Assembly: GCA_964016885.1 (NCBI GenBank) | Contig: OZ024743.1 | Span: 186,372,001-186,436,000, forward strand | Length of the DNA stretch: 64,000 nt | Source of the DNA: Eledone cirrhosa | Taxonomy: Eukaryota | Direction of reading: 5' to 3' | Shown: in pieces, positions 12,270 to 27,200 of the stretch | Layout: the number at the start of each line of letters is the position of its first letter | Position numbering within the stretch: position 1 is the stretch's first letter | Notes under the pieces: generated by a model | Databases searched by the model: none | What the model saw: the letters and a program-made list of their open reading frames with translations, nothing else | Told to the model about the DNA's origin: nothing | Made by a program: the position numbers and the translations under genes

Positions 12270-15200
12270 TTCACTCATAAGTCAGCTCTGACTACTATAT
12301 CTATAACATAGTATAACAGTAATAATTGATGGAAGTGTTTCACTCCTAAGTCAGCTCTAACTACTATATCTATAACATAGTATAACAGTAATAATTGATG
12401 GTAGTGTTTCACTCCTAAGTCAGCTCTAACTACTATATCTATAACACAGTGTAACAGTAATAATTGATGGTAGTGTTTCACTCCTAGGTCAGCTCTAACT
12501 ACTATATCTATAACATAGTATAACAGTAATAATTGATGGTAGTGTTTCACTCCTAGGTCAGCTCTAACTACAATATCTATAACATAGTATAAAAGTAATG
12601 ATTGATGGTAGTGTTTCACTCCTAAGTCAACTCTAACTACTATATCTATAACATAGTACAACAGTAATAATTGATGGTAGTGTTTCACTCCTAGGTCATC
12701 TGTGACTACTATATCTATAACATAGTATAACAGTAATAATTGATGGTAGTGTTTCACTCATAAGTCAGCTCTGACTATTATATCTATAACATAATATAAC
12801 AGTAATAATTGATGGTAGTGTTTCACTCCTAAGTCAGCTCTGACTACTATATCTATAACATAATATAACAGTAATAATTGATGGTAGTGTTTCACTCCTA
12901 GGTCAGCTCTGACTACCATATCTATAACATAGTATAACAGTAATAATTGATGGTAGTGTTTCACTCCTACGTCAACTCTAACTCCTATATCTATAACATA
13001 GTATAACAGTAATAACTGATGGTAGTGTTTCACTCCTAAGTTAGCTCTAACTACTATATCTATAACATAGTATAACGGTAATAATTGATGGTAGTGTTTC
13101 ACTCCTAAGTCAGATCTAACTACTATATCTATAACATAGTATAACAGTAATAATTGATGGTAGTGTTTCATTCCTAAGTCAGCTCTGACTACTATATCTA
13201 TAACATAGTATAAGAGTAATAATTGATGGTAGTGTTTCACTCCTAGGTCAGCTCTGACTACTATATCTATAACATAGTATAACAGTAATAGTTGATGATA
13301 GTGTTTCACTCGTAGGTCAGCTCTAACTATTATATCTATAACATAGTATAACAGTAATAATTGATGGTAGTGTTTCACTCGTACATCAGCTCTTATTATA
13401 TCTATAACATAGTATAACAGTAATAATTGATGGTAGTGTTTCACTCGTACATCAGATCTTATTATATCTATAACATAGTATAACAGTAATAATCGATGGT
13501 AGTGTTTCACTACTAAGTCAGCTCTGATTACTATATCTATAACATAGTATAACAGTAATAATCGATGGTAGTGTTTCACTCCTAGATCAGCTCTGACTAC
13601 TATATCTATAACATAGTATAACAGTAATAATTGATGGTAGTGTTTCACTCCTAAGTCAGCTCTAACTACTATATCTATAACATAGTATAACAGTAATAAT
13701 TGATGGAAGTGTTTCACTCCTAAGTCAGCTCTAACTACTATATCTACAACATAGTATAACAGTAATAATTGATGGTAGTGTTTCACTGCTAAGTCAGCTC
13801 TAACTACTATATCTATAACATAGTATAACAGTAACAATTGATGGTAGTGTTTCACTCCTGTCAGCTCTGACTACTATATCTATAACATAGTATAACAGTA
13901 CATACTGATGGTAGTGCTTCACTCCTAAGTCAGCTCTAACTACTATATCTATAACATAGTATAACAGTAATAATTGATGGTAGTGTTTCATCCTAAGTCA
14001 GCTCTAACTACTATATCTATAACATAGTATAACAGTAATAATTGATGGTAGTGTTTCACATCTAGGTCAGCTCTTACTACTATATCTATAACATAGTATA
14101 ACAGTAATAATTGATGTTAGTATTTCACTCCTAGGTCAGCTCTAACTACTATATCTATAACAAAGTATAACAGTAATTATTTGATGGTAGTGTTTCACTC
14201 CTAAGTCAGCTCTAACTACTATATCTATAACATAGTATAACAGTAATAATTGATGGAAGTGTTTCACTCCTAGGTCATCTGTGACTACTATATCTATAAC
14301 ATAGTATAACAGTAATAATTGATGGTAGTATTACACTCCTAGGTCATCTCTAACTACTATATCTATAACATAGTATAACAGTAATAATTGATGGTAGTGT
14401 TTCACTCCTAAGTCAGCTCTAACTACTATATCTATAACATAGTATAACAGTAATAATTGATGGTAGTGTTTCACTCCTAAGTCAGCTCTAACTATTATAT
14501 CTATAACATAGTATAACAGTAATAATTGATGGTAGTGTTTCACTCCTAAGTCAGCTCTAACTATTATATCTATAACATAGTATAACAGTAATAAATGATG
14601 GTAGTGTTTCACTCCTAAGTCAGCTTTAACTATTATATCTATAACATAGTATAACAGTAATAATTGATGGTAGTGTTTCACTCCTAAGTCAGCTCTAACT
14701 ATTATATCTATAACATAGTATAACAGTAATAATTGATGGTAGTGTTTCACTCCTAAGTCAGTTCTAACTACTATATCTATAACACAGTGTAACAGTAATA
14801 ATTGATGGTAGTGTTTCACTCCTAGGTCAGCTCTAACTACTATATCTATAACATAGTATAACAGTAATAATTGATGGTAGTGTTTCACTCCTAGGTCAGC
14901 TCTAACTACTATATCTATAACATAGTATAACAGTAATAATTGATGGTAGTGTTTCACTCCTAGGTCAGCTCTATCTACTATATCTATAACATAGTATAAC
15001 AGTAATAATTGATGGTAGTGTTTCACTCCTAAGTCAGCTCTAACTATTATATCTATAACATAGTATAACAGTAATAAATGATGGTAGTGTTTCACTCGTA
15101 AGTCAGCTCTAACTATTATATCTATAACATAGTATAACAGTAATAATTGATGGTAGTGTTTCACTCCTAAGTCAGCTCTAACTATTATATCTATAACATA

Positions 15201-18200
15201 GTATAACAGTAATAATTGATGGTAGTGTTTCACTCCTAGGTCAGCTCTAACTACAATATCTATAACATAGTATAAAAGTAATGATTGATGGTAGTGTTTA
15301 ACTCCTAAGTCAACTCTAACTACTATATCTATAACATAGTACAACAGTAATAATTGATGGTAGTGTTTCACTCCTAGGTCATCTGTGACTACTATATCTA
15401 TAACATAGTATAATAGTAATAATTGATGGTAGTGTTTCACTCATAAGTCAGCTCTGACTATTATATCTATAACATAATATAACAGTAATAATTGATGGTA
15501 GTGTTTCACTCCTAAGTCAGCTCTGACTACTATATCTATAACATAATATAACAGTAATAATTGATGGTAGTGTTTCACTCCTAGGTCAGCTCTGACTACC
15601 ATATCTATAACATAGTATAACAGTAATAATTGATGGTAGTGTTTCACTCCTACGTCAACTCTAACTCCTATATCTATAACATAGTATAACAGTAATAACT
15701 GATGGTAGTGTTTCACTCCTAAGTTAGCTCTAACTACTATATCTATAACATAGTATAAGGGTAATAATTGATGGTAGTGTTTCACTCCTAAGTCAGATCT
15801 AACTACTATATCTATAACATAGTATAACAGTAATAATTGATGGTAGTGTTTCATTCCTAAGTCAGCTCTGACTACTATATCTATAACATAGTATAAGAGT
15901 AATAATTGATGGTAGTGTTTCACTCCTAGGTCAGCTCTGACTACTATATCTATAACATAGTATAACAGTAATAGTTGATGATAGTGTTTCACTCGTAGGT
16001 CAGCTCTAACTATTATATCTATAACATAGTATAACAGTAATAATTGATGGTAGTGTTTCACTCGTACATCAGCTCTTATTATATCTATAACATAGTATAA
16101 CAGTAATAATTAATGGTAGTGTTTCACTCGTACATCAGCTCTTATTATATCTATAACATAGTATAACAGTAATAATCGATGGTAGTGTTTCACTACTAAG
16201 TCAGCTCTGATTACTATATCTATAACATAGTATAACAGTAATAATTGATGGTAGTGTTTCACTCCTAAGTCAGCTCTAACTACTATATCTATAACATAGT
16301 ATAACAGTAATAATTGATGGAAGTGTTTCACTCCTAAGTCAGCTCTAACTACTATATCTACAACATAGTATAACAGTAATAATTGATGGTAGTGTTTCAC
16401 TGCTAAGTCAGCTCTAACTACTATATCTATAACATAGTATAACAGTAACAATTGATGGTAGTGTTTCACTCCTGTCAGCTCTGACTACTATATCTATAAC
16501 ATAGTATAACAGTACATACTGATGGTAGTGCTTCACTCCTAAGTCAGCTCTAACTACTATATCTATAACATAGTATAACAGTAATAATTGATGGTAGTGT
16601 TTCATCCTAAGTCAGCTCTAACTACTATATCTATAACATAGTATAACAGTAATAATTGATGGTAGTGTTTCACTTCTAGGTCAGCTCTTACTACTATATC
16701 TATAACATAGTATAACAGTAATAATTGATGTTAGTATTTCACTCCTAGGTCAGCTCTAACTACTATATCTATAACAAAGTATAACAGTAATTATTTGATG
16801 GTAGTGTTTCACTCCTAAGTCAGCTCTAACTACTATATCTATAACATAGTATAACAGTAATAATTGATGGAAGTGTTTCACTCCTAGGTCATCTGTGACT
16901 ACTATATCTATAACATAGTATAACAGTAATAATTGATGGTAGTATTACACTCCTAGGTCATCTCTAACTACTATATCTATAATATAGTATAACAGTAATA
17001 ATTGATGGTAGTGTTTCACTCCTAAGTCAGCTCTAACTACTATATCTATAACATAGTATAACAGTAATAATTGATGGTAGTGTTTCACTCCTAAGTCAGC
17101 TCTAACTATTATATCTATAACATAGTATAACAGTAATAATTGATGGTAGTGTTTCACTCCTAAGTCAGCTCTAACTACTATATCTATAACATAGTATAAC
17201 AGTAATAATTGATGGTAGTGTTTCACTCCTAAGTCAGCTCTAACTATTATATCTATAACATAGTATAACAGTAATAAATGATGGTAGTGTTTCACTCGTA
17301 AGTCAGCTCTAACTATTATATCTATAACATAGTATAACAGTAATAATTGATGGTAGTGTTTCACTCCTAAGTCAGCTCTAACTATTATATCTATAACATA
17401 GTATAACAGTAATAATTGATGGTAGTGTTTCACTCCTAAGTCAGCTCTAACTATTATATCTATAACATAGTATAACAGTAATAATTGATGGTAGTGTTTC
17501 ACTCCTAAGTCAGCTCTAACTATTATATCTATAACATAGTATAACAGTAATAAATGATGGTAGTGTTTCACTCCTAAGTCAGCTCTAACTACTATATCTA
17601 TAACATAGTATAACAGTAATAATTGATGGTAGTGTTTCACTCCTAAGTCAGCTCTAACTACTATATCTATAACATAGTATAACAGTAATAATTGATGGTA
17701 GTGTTTCACTCCTAGGTCAGCTCTGATTACTATATCTATAACATAGTATAACAGTAATAATTGATGGAAGTGTTTCACTCCTAGGTCAGCTCTAACTACT
17801 ATATCTATAACATAGTATAACAGTAATAATTGATGGTAGTGTTTCACTCCTAAGTCAGCTCTAACTACTATATCTATAACATAGTATAACAGTAATAATT
17901 GAGGGTAGTGTTTCACTCCTAAGTCAGCTCTAACTACTATATCTATAACATAGTGTAACAGTAATAATTGATGGTAGTGTTTCACTCCTACGTCAGCTCT
18001 AACTACTATATCTATAACATAGTATAACAGTAGTAATTGATGGTAGTGTTTCACTCATAAGTCAGCTCTGACTACTATATCTATAACATAGTATAACAGT
18101 AATAATTGATGGAAGTGTTTCACTCCTAAGTCAGCTCTAACTACTATATCTATAACATAGTATAACAGTAATAATTGATGGTAGTGTTTCACTCCTAAGT

Positions 18201-21200
18201 CAGCTCTAACTACTATATCTATAACACAGTGTAACAGTAATAATTGATGGTAGTGTTTCACTCCTAGGTCAGCTCTAACTACTATATCTATAACATAGTA
18301 TAACAGTAATAATTGATGGTAGTGTTTCACTCCTAGGTCAGCCCTAACTACTATATCTATAACATAGTATAAAATTAATGATGGTAGTGTTTCACTCCTA
18401 GGTCATCTGTGACTACTATATCTATAACATAGTATAACAGTAATAATTGATGGTAGTGTTTCACTCATAAGTCAGCTCTGACTATTATATCTATAACATA
18501 ATATAACAGTAATAATTGATGGTAGTGTTTCACTCCTAAGTCAGCTCTGACTACTATATCTATAACATAATATAACAGTAATAATTGATGGTAGTGTTTC
18601 ACTCCTAAGTCAGCTGTGACTACTATATCTATAACATAGTATAACAGTAATAATTGATGGTAGTGTTTCACTCCTAAGTCAGCTGTGACTACTATATCTA
18701 TAACATAGTATAACAGTAATAATTGATGGTAGTGTTTCACTCCTAGGTCAGCTCTGACTACCATATCTATAACATAGTATAACAGTAATAATTGATGGTA
18801 GTGTTTCACTCCTACGTCAACTCTAACTCCTATATCTATAACATAGTATAACAGTAATAACTGATGGTAGTGTTTCACTCCTAAGTTAGCTCTAACTACT
18901 ATATCTATAACATAGTATAACGGTAATAATTGATGGTAGTGTTTCACTCCTAAGTCAGATCTAACTACTATATCTATAACATAGTATAACAGTAATAATT
19001 GATGGTAGTGTTTCATTCCTAAGTCAGCTCTGACTACTATATCTATAACATAGTATAAGAGTAATAATTGATGGTAGTGTTTCACTCCTAGGTCAGCTCT
19101 GACTACTATATCTATAACATAGTATAACAGTAATAGTTGATGATAGTGTTTCACTCGTAGGTCAGCTCTAACTATTATATCTATAACATAGTATAACAGT
19201 AATAATTGATGGTAGTGTTTCACTCGTACATCAGCTCTTATTATATCTATAACATAGTATAACAGTAATAATTGATGGTAGTGTTTCACTCGTACATCAG
19301 CTCTTATTATATCTATAACATAGTATAACAGTAATAATCGATGGTAGTGTTTCACTACTAAGTCAGCTCTGATTACTATATCTATAACATAGTATAACAG
19401 TAATAATCGATGGTAGTGTTTCACTCCTAGATCAGCTCTGACTACTATATCTATAACATAGTATAACAGTAATAATTGATGGTAGTGTTTCACTCCTAAG
19501 TCAGCTCTAACTACTATATCTATAACATAGTATAACAGTAATAATTGATGGAAGTGTTTCACTCCTAAGTCAGCTCTAACTACTATATGTATAACATAGT
19601 ATAACAGTAATAATTGATGGTAGTGTTTCACTGCTAAGTCAGCTCTAACTACTATATCTATAACATAGTATAACAGTAACAATTGATGGCAGTGTTTCAC
19701 TCCTGTCAGCTCTGACTACTATATCTATAACATAGTATAACAGTACATACCGATGGTAGTGCTTCACTCCTAAGTCAGCTCTAACTACTATATCTATAAC
19801 ATAGTATAACAGTAATAATTGATGGTAGTGTTTCATCCTAAGTCAGCTCTAACTACTATATCTATAACATAGTATAACAGTAATAATTGATGGTAGTGTT
19901 TCACTTCTAGGTCAGCTCTTACTACTATATCTATAACATAGTATAACAGTAATAATTGATGTTAGTATTTCACTCCTAGGTCAGCTCTAACTACTATATC
20001 TATAACACAGTATAACAGTAATTATTTGATGGTAGTGTTTCACTCCTAAGTCAGCTCTAACTACTATATCTATAACATAGTATAACAGTAATAATTGATG
20101 GAAGTGTTTCACTCCTAGGTCATCTGTGACTACTATATCTATAACATAGTATAACAGTAATAATTGATGGTAGTATTACACTCCTAGGTCATCTCCAACT
20201 ACTATATCTATAACATAGTATAACAGTAGTAATTGATGGTAGTGTTTCACTCCTAAGTCAGCTCTAACTACTATATCTATAACATAGTATAACAGTAATA
20301 ATTGATGGTAGTGTTTCACTCCTAAGTCAGCTCTAACTATTATATCTATAACATAGTATAACAGTAATAATTGATGGTAGTGTTTCACTCCTAAGTCAGC
20401 TCTAACTATTATATCTATAACATAGTATAACAGTAATAAATGATGGTAGTGTTTCACTCCTAAGTCAGCTCTAACTATTATATCTATAACATAGTATAAC
20501 AGTAATAATTGATGGTAGTGTTTCACTCCTAAGTCAGCTCTAACTATTATATCTTTAACATAGTATAACAGTAATAATTGATGGTAGTGTTTCACTCCTA
20601 AGTCAGCTCTAACTATTATATCTATAACATAGTATATCAGTAATAATTGATGGTAGTGTTTCACTCCTAAGTCAGCTCTAACTACTATATCTATAACATA
20701 GTATAACAGTAATAATTGATGGTAGTGTTTCACTCCTAAGTCAGCTCTAACTACTATATCTATAACATAGTATAACAGTAATAATTGATGGTAGTGTTTC
20801 ACTCCTAAGTCAGCTCTAACTATTATATCTATAACATAGTATAACAGTAATAATTGATGGTAGTGTTTCACTCCTAAGTCAGCTCTAACTATTATATCTA
20901 TAACATAGTATAACAGTAATAAATGATGGTAGTGTTTCACTCGTAAGTCAGCTCTAACTATTATATCTATAACATAGTATAACAGTAATAATTGATGGTA
21001 GTGTTTCACTCCTAAGTCAGCTCTAACTATTATATCTATAACATAGTATAACAGTAACAATTGATGGCAGTGTTTCACTCCTGTCAGCTCTAACTACTAT
21101 ATCTATAACATAGTATAACAGTAATAATTGAGGGTAGTGTTTCACTCCTAAGTCAGCTCTAACTACTATATCTATAACATAGTGTAACAGTAATAATTGA

Positions 21201-24200
21201 TGGTAGTGTTTCACTCCTACGTCAGCTCTAACTACTATATCTATAACATAGTATAACAGTAGTAATTGATGGTAGTGTTTCACTCATAAGTCAGCTCTGA
21301 CTACTATATCTATAACATAGTATAACAGTAATAATTGATGGAAGTGTTTCACTCCTAAGTCAGCTCTAACTACTATATCTATAACATAGTATAACAGTAA
21401 TAATTGATGGTAGTGTTTCACTCCTAAGTCAGCTCTAACTACTATATCTATAACACAGTGTAACAGTAATAATTGATGGTAGTGTTTCACTCCTAGGTCA
21501 GCTCTAACTACTATATCTATAACATAGTATAACAGTAATAATTGATGGTAGTGTTTCACTCCTAGGTCAGCCCTAACTACTATATCTATAACATAGTATA
21601 AAATTAATGATTGATGGTAGTGTTTCACTCCTAAGTCAACTCTAACTACTATATCTATAACATAGTACAACAGTAATAATTGATGGTAGTGTTTCACTCC
21701 TAGGTCATCTGTGACTACTATATCTATAACATAGTATAACAGTAATAATTGATGGTAGTGTTTCACTCATAAGTCAGCTCTGACTATTATATCTATAACA
21801 TAATATAACAGTAATAATTGATGGTAGTGTTTCACTCCTAAGTCAGCTCTGACTACTATATCTATAACATAATATAACAGTAATAATTGATGGTAGTGTT
21901 TCACTCCTAGGTCAGCTCTGACTACCATATCTATAACATAGTATAACAGTAATAATTGATGGTAGTGTTTCACTCCTACGTCAACTCTAACTCCTATATC
22001 TATAACATAGTATAACAGTAATAACTGATGGTAGTGTTTCACTCCTAAGTTAGCTCTAACTACTATATCTATAACATAGTATAACGGTAATAATTGATGG
22101 TAGTGTTTCACTCCTAAGTCAGATCTAACTACTATATCTATAACATAGTATAACAGTAATAATTGATGGTAGTGTTTCATTCCTAAGTCAGCTCTGACTA
22201 CTATATCTATAACATAGTATAAGAGTAATAATTGATGGTAGTGTTTCACTCCTAGGTCAGCTCTGACTACTATATCTATAACATAGTATAACAGTAATAG
22301 TTGATGATGGTGTTTCACTCGTAGGTCAGCTCTAACTATTATATCTATAACATAGTATAACAGTAATAATTGATGGTAGTGTTTCACTCGTACATCAGCT
22401 CTTATTATATCTATAACATAGTATAACAGTAATAATTGATGGTAGTGTTTCACTCGTACATCAGCTCTTACTATATCTATAACATAGTATAACAGTAATA
22501 ATTGATGGTAGTGTTTCACTACTAAGTCAGCTCTGATTACTATATCTATAACATAGTATAACAGTAATAATCGATGGTAGTGTTTCACTCCTAGATCAGC
22601 TCTGACTACTATATCTATAACATAGTATAACAGTAATAATTGATGGTAGTGTTTCACTCCTAAGTCAGCTCTAACTACTATATCTATAACATAGTATAAC
22701 AGTAATAATTGATGGAAGTGTTTCACTCCTAAGTCAGCTCTAACTACTATATGTATAACATAGTATAACAGTAATAATTGATGGTAGTGTTTCACTGCTA
22801 AGTCAGCTCTAACTACTATATCTATAACATAGTATAACAGTAACAATTGATGGCAGTGTTTCACTCCTGTCAGCTCTGACTACTATATCTATAACATAGT
22901 ATAACAGTACATACCGATGGTAGTGCTTCACTCCTAAGTCAGCTCTAACTACTATATCTATAACATAGTATAACAGTAATAATTGATGGTAGTGTTTCAT
23001 CCTAAGTCAGCTCTAACTACTATATCTATAACATAGTATAACAGTAATAATTGATGGTAGTGTTTCACTTCTAGGTCAGCTCTTACTACTATATCTATAA
23101 CATAGTATAACAGTAATAATTGATGTTAGTATTTCACTCCTAGGTCAGCTCTAACTACTATATCTATAACAAAGTATAACAGTAATTATTTGATGGTAGT
23201 GTTTCACTCCTAAGTCAGCTCTAACTACTATATCTATAACATAGTATAACAGTAATAATTGATGGAAGTGTTTCACTCATGGGTCATCTGTGACTACTAT
23301 ATCTATAACATAGTATAACAGTAATAATTGATGGTAGTATTACACTCCTAGGTCATCTCCAACTACTATATCTATAACATAGTATAACAGTAGTAATTGA
23401 TGGTAGTGTTTCACTCCTAAGTCAGCTCTAACTACTATATCTATAACATAGTATAACAGTAATAATTGATGGTAGTGTTTCACTCCTAAGTCAGCTCTAA
23501 CTATTATATCTATAACATAGTATAACAGTAATAATTGATGGTAGTGTTTCACTCCTAAGTCAGCTCTAACTATTATATCTATAACATAGTATAACAGTAA
23601 TAAATGATGGTAGTGTTTCACTCCTAAGTCAGCTCTAACTATTATATCTATAACATAGTATAACAGTAATAATTGATGGTAGTGTTTCACTCCTAAGTCA
23701 GCTCTAACTATTATATCTTTAACATAGTATAACAGTAATAATTGATGGTAGTGTTTCACTCCTAAGTCAGCTCTAACTATTATATCTATAACATAGTATA
23801 TCAGTAATAATTGATGGTAGTGTTTCACTCCTAAGTCAGCTCTAACTACTATATCTATAACATAGTATAACAGTAATAATTGATGGTAGTGTTTCACTCC
23901 TAAGTCAGCTCTAACTACTATATCTATAACATAGTATAACAGTAATAATTGATGGTAGTGTTTCACTCCTAAGTCAGCTCTAACTATTATATCTATAACA
24001 TAGTATAACAGTAATAATTGATGGTAGTGTTTCACTCCTAAGTCAGCTCTAACTATTATATCTATAACATAGTATAACAGTAATAAATGATGGTAGTGTT
24101 TCACTCGTAAGTCAGCTCTAACTATTATATCTATAACATAGTATAACAGTAATAATTGATGGTAGTGTTTCACTCCTAAGTCAGCTCTAACTATTATATC

Positions 24201-27200
24201 TATAACATAGTATAACAGTAATAATTGATGGTAGTGTTTCACTCCTAAGTCAGCTCTAACTATTATATCTATAACATAGTATAACATTAATAAATGATGG
24301 TAGTGTTTCACTCCTAAGTCAGCTCTAACTACTATATCTATAACATAGTATAGCAGTAATAATTGATGGTAGTGTTTCACTCCTAAGTCAGCTCTAACTA
24401 CTATATCTATAACATAGTATAACAGTAATAATTGATGGTAGTGTTTCACTCCTAGGTCAGCTCTGATTACTATATCTATAACATAGTATAACAGTAATAA
24501 TTGATGGAAGTGTTTCACTCCTAGGTCAGCTCTAACTACTATATCTATAACATAGTATAACAGTAATAATTGATGGTAGTGTTTCACTCCTAAGTCAGCT
24601 CTAACTATTATATCTATAACATAGTATAACAGTAATAAATGATGGTAGTGTTTCACTCGTAAGTCAGCTCTAACTATTATATCTATAACATAGTATAACA
24701 GTAATAATTGATGGTAGTGTTTCACTCCTAAGTCAGCTCTAACTATTATATCTATAACATAGTATAACAGTAATAATTGATGGTAGTGTTTCACTCCTAA
24801 GTCAGCTCTAACTATTATATCTATAACATAGTATAACAGTAATAATTGATGGTAGTGTTTCACTCCTAAGTCAGCTCTAACTATTATATCTATAACATAG
24901 TATAACAGTAATAAATGATGGTAGTGTTTCACTCCTAAGTCAGCTCTAACTACTATATCTATAACATAGTATAACAGTAATAATTGATGGTAGTGTTTCA
25001 CTCCTAAGTCAGCTCTAACTACTATATCTATAACATAGTATAACAGTAATAATTGATGGTAGTGTTTCACTCCTAGGTCAGCTCTGATTACTATATCTAT
25101 AACATAGTATAACAGTAATAATTGATGGAAGTGTTTCACTCCTAGGTCAGCTCTAACTACTATATCTATAACATAGTATAACAGTAATAATTGATGGTAG
25201 TGTTTCACTCCTAAGTCAGCTCTAACTACTATATCTATAACATAGTATAACAGTAATAATTGAGGGTAGTGTTTCACTCCTAAGTCAGCTCTAACTACTA
25301 TATCTATAACATAGTGTAACAGTAATAATTGATGGTAGTGTTTCACTCCTACGTCAGCTCTAACTACTATATCTATAACATAGTATAACAGTAGTAATTG
25401 ATGGTAGTGTTTCACTCATAAGTCAGCTCTGACTACTATATCTATAACATAGTATAACAGTAATAATTGATGGAAGTGTTTCACTCCTAAGTCAGCTCTA
25501 ACTACTATATCTATAACATAGTATAACAGTAATAATTGATGGTAGTGTTTCACTCCTAAGTCAGCTCTAACTACTATAACTATAACACAGTGTAACAGTA
25601 ATAATTGATGGTAGTGTTTCACTCCTAGGTCAGCTCTAACTACTATATCTATAACATAGTATAACAGTAATAATTGATGGTAGTGTTTCACTCCTAGGTC
25701 AGCTCTATCTACTATATCTATAACATAGTATAAAAGTAATGATTGATGGTAGTGTTTCACTCCTAAGTCAACTCTAACTACTATATCTATAACATAGTAC
25801 AACAGTAATAATTGATGGTAGTGTTTCACTCCTAGTTCATCTGTGACTACTATATCTATAACATAGTATAACAGTAATAATTGATGGTAGTGTTTCACTC
25901 ATAAGTCAGCTCTGACTATTATATCTATAACATAATATAACAGTAATAATTGATGGTAGTGTTTCACTCCTAAGTCAGCTCTGACTACTATATCTATAAC
26001 ATAATATAACAGTAATAATTGATGGTAGTGTTTCACTCCTAGGTCAGCTCTGACTACCATATCTATAACATAGTATAACAGTAATAATTGATGGTAGTGT
26101 TTCACTCCTACGTCAACTCTAACTCCTATATCTATAACATAGTATAACAGTAATAATTGATGGTAGTGTTTCATTCCTAAGTCAGCTCTGACTACTATAT
26201 CTATAACATAGTATATGAGTAATAATTGATGGTAGTGTTTCACTCGTACATCAGCTCTTATTATATCTATAACATAGTATAACAGTAATAATTGATGGTA
26301 GTGTTTCACTCGTACATCAGCTCTTATTATATCTATAACATAGTATAACAGTAATAATCGATGGTAGTGTTTCACTACTAAGTCAGCTCTGATTACTATA
26401 TCTATAACATAGTATAACAGTAATAATCGATGGTAGTGTTTCACTCCTAGATCAGCTCTGACTACTATATCTATAACATAGTATAACAGTAATAATTGAT
26501 GGTAGTGTTTCACTCCTAAGTCAGCTCTAACTACTATATCTATAACATAGTATAACAGTAATAATTGATGGAAGTGTTTCACTCCTAAGTCAGCTCTAAC
26601 TACTATATCTATAACATAGTATAACAGTAATAATTGATGGTAGTGTTTCACTGCTAAGTCAGCTCTAACTACTATATCTATAACATAGTATAACAGTAAC
26701 AATTGATGGTAGTGTTTCACTCCTGTCAGCTCTGACTACTATATCTATAACATAGTATAACAGTACATACTGATGGTAGTGCTTCACTCCTAAGTCAGCT
26801 CTAACTACTATATCTATAACATAGTATAACAGTAATAATTAATGGTAGTGTTTCATCCTAAGTCAGCTCTAACTACTATATCTATAACATAGTATAACAG
26901 TAATAATTGATGGTAGTGTTTCACTTCTAGGTCAGCTCTTACTACTATATCTATAACATAGTATAACAGTAATAATTGATGTTAGTATTTCACTCCTAGG
27001 TCAGCTCTAACTACTATATCTATAACAAAGTATAACAGTAATAATTGATGGAAGTGTTTCACTCCTAGGTCATCTGTGACTACTATATCTATAACATAGT
27101 ATAACAGTAATAATTGATGGTAGTATTACACTCCTAGGTCATCTCCAACTACTATATCTATAACATAGTATAACAGTAATAATTGATGGTAGTGTTTCAC

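Larger units (their letters stand above)
1..12270. repeat. Left array domain (variant-rich, with irregular local duplications)
   Basis: Carries CACCCCTAAATAAG (~1783, 3165, 3647, 6615, 6753), CACCCCAAAATCGGCTG (~6960, 10893) and TAGTTTAAC (~302, 5962, 6100, 7204, 10171, 11481), which I do not see between ~12.3 and 49.6 kb. The right boundary is approximate. Confidence 0.75.

Noticed and set aside
13800-13991. Short ORFs with a distinct tail (RSETLPSIVTVILCYRYSS), repeated in several units; possible programmed frameshift or phase-variable cassette
   Set aside because: The tail is just a second reading frame of the same monomer, entered through the 2-bp deletion, and it recurs because the HOR was duplicated.
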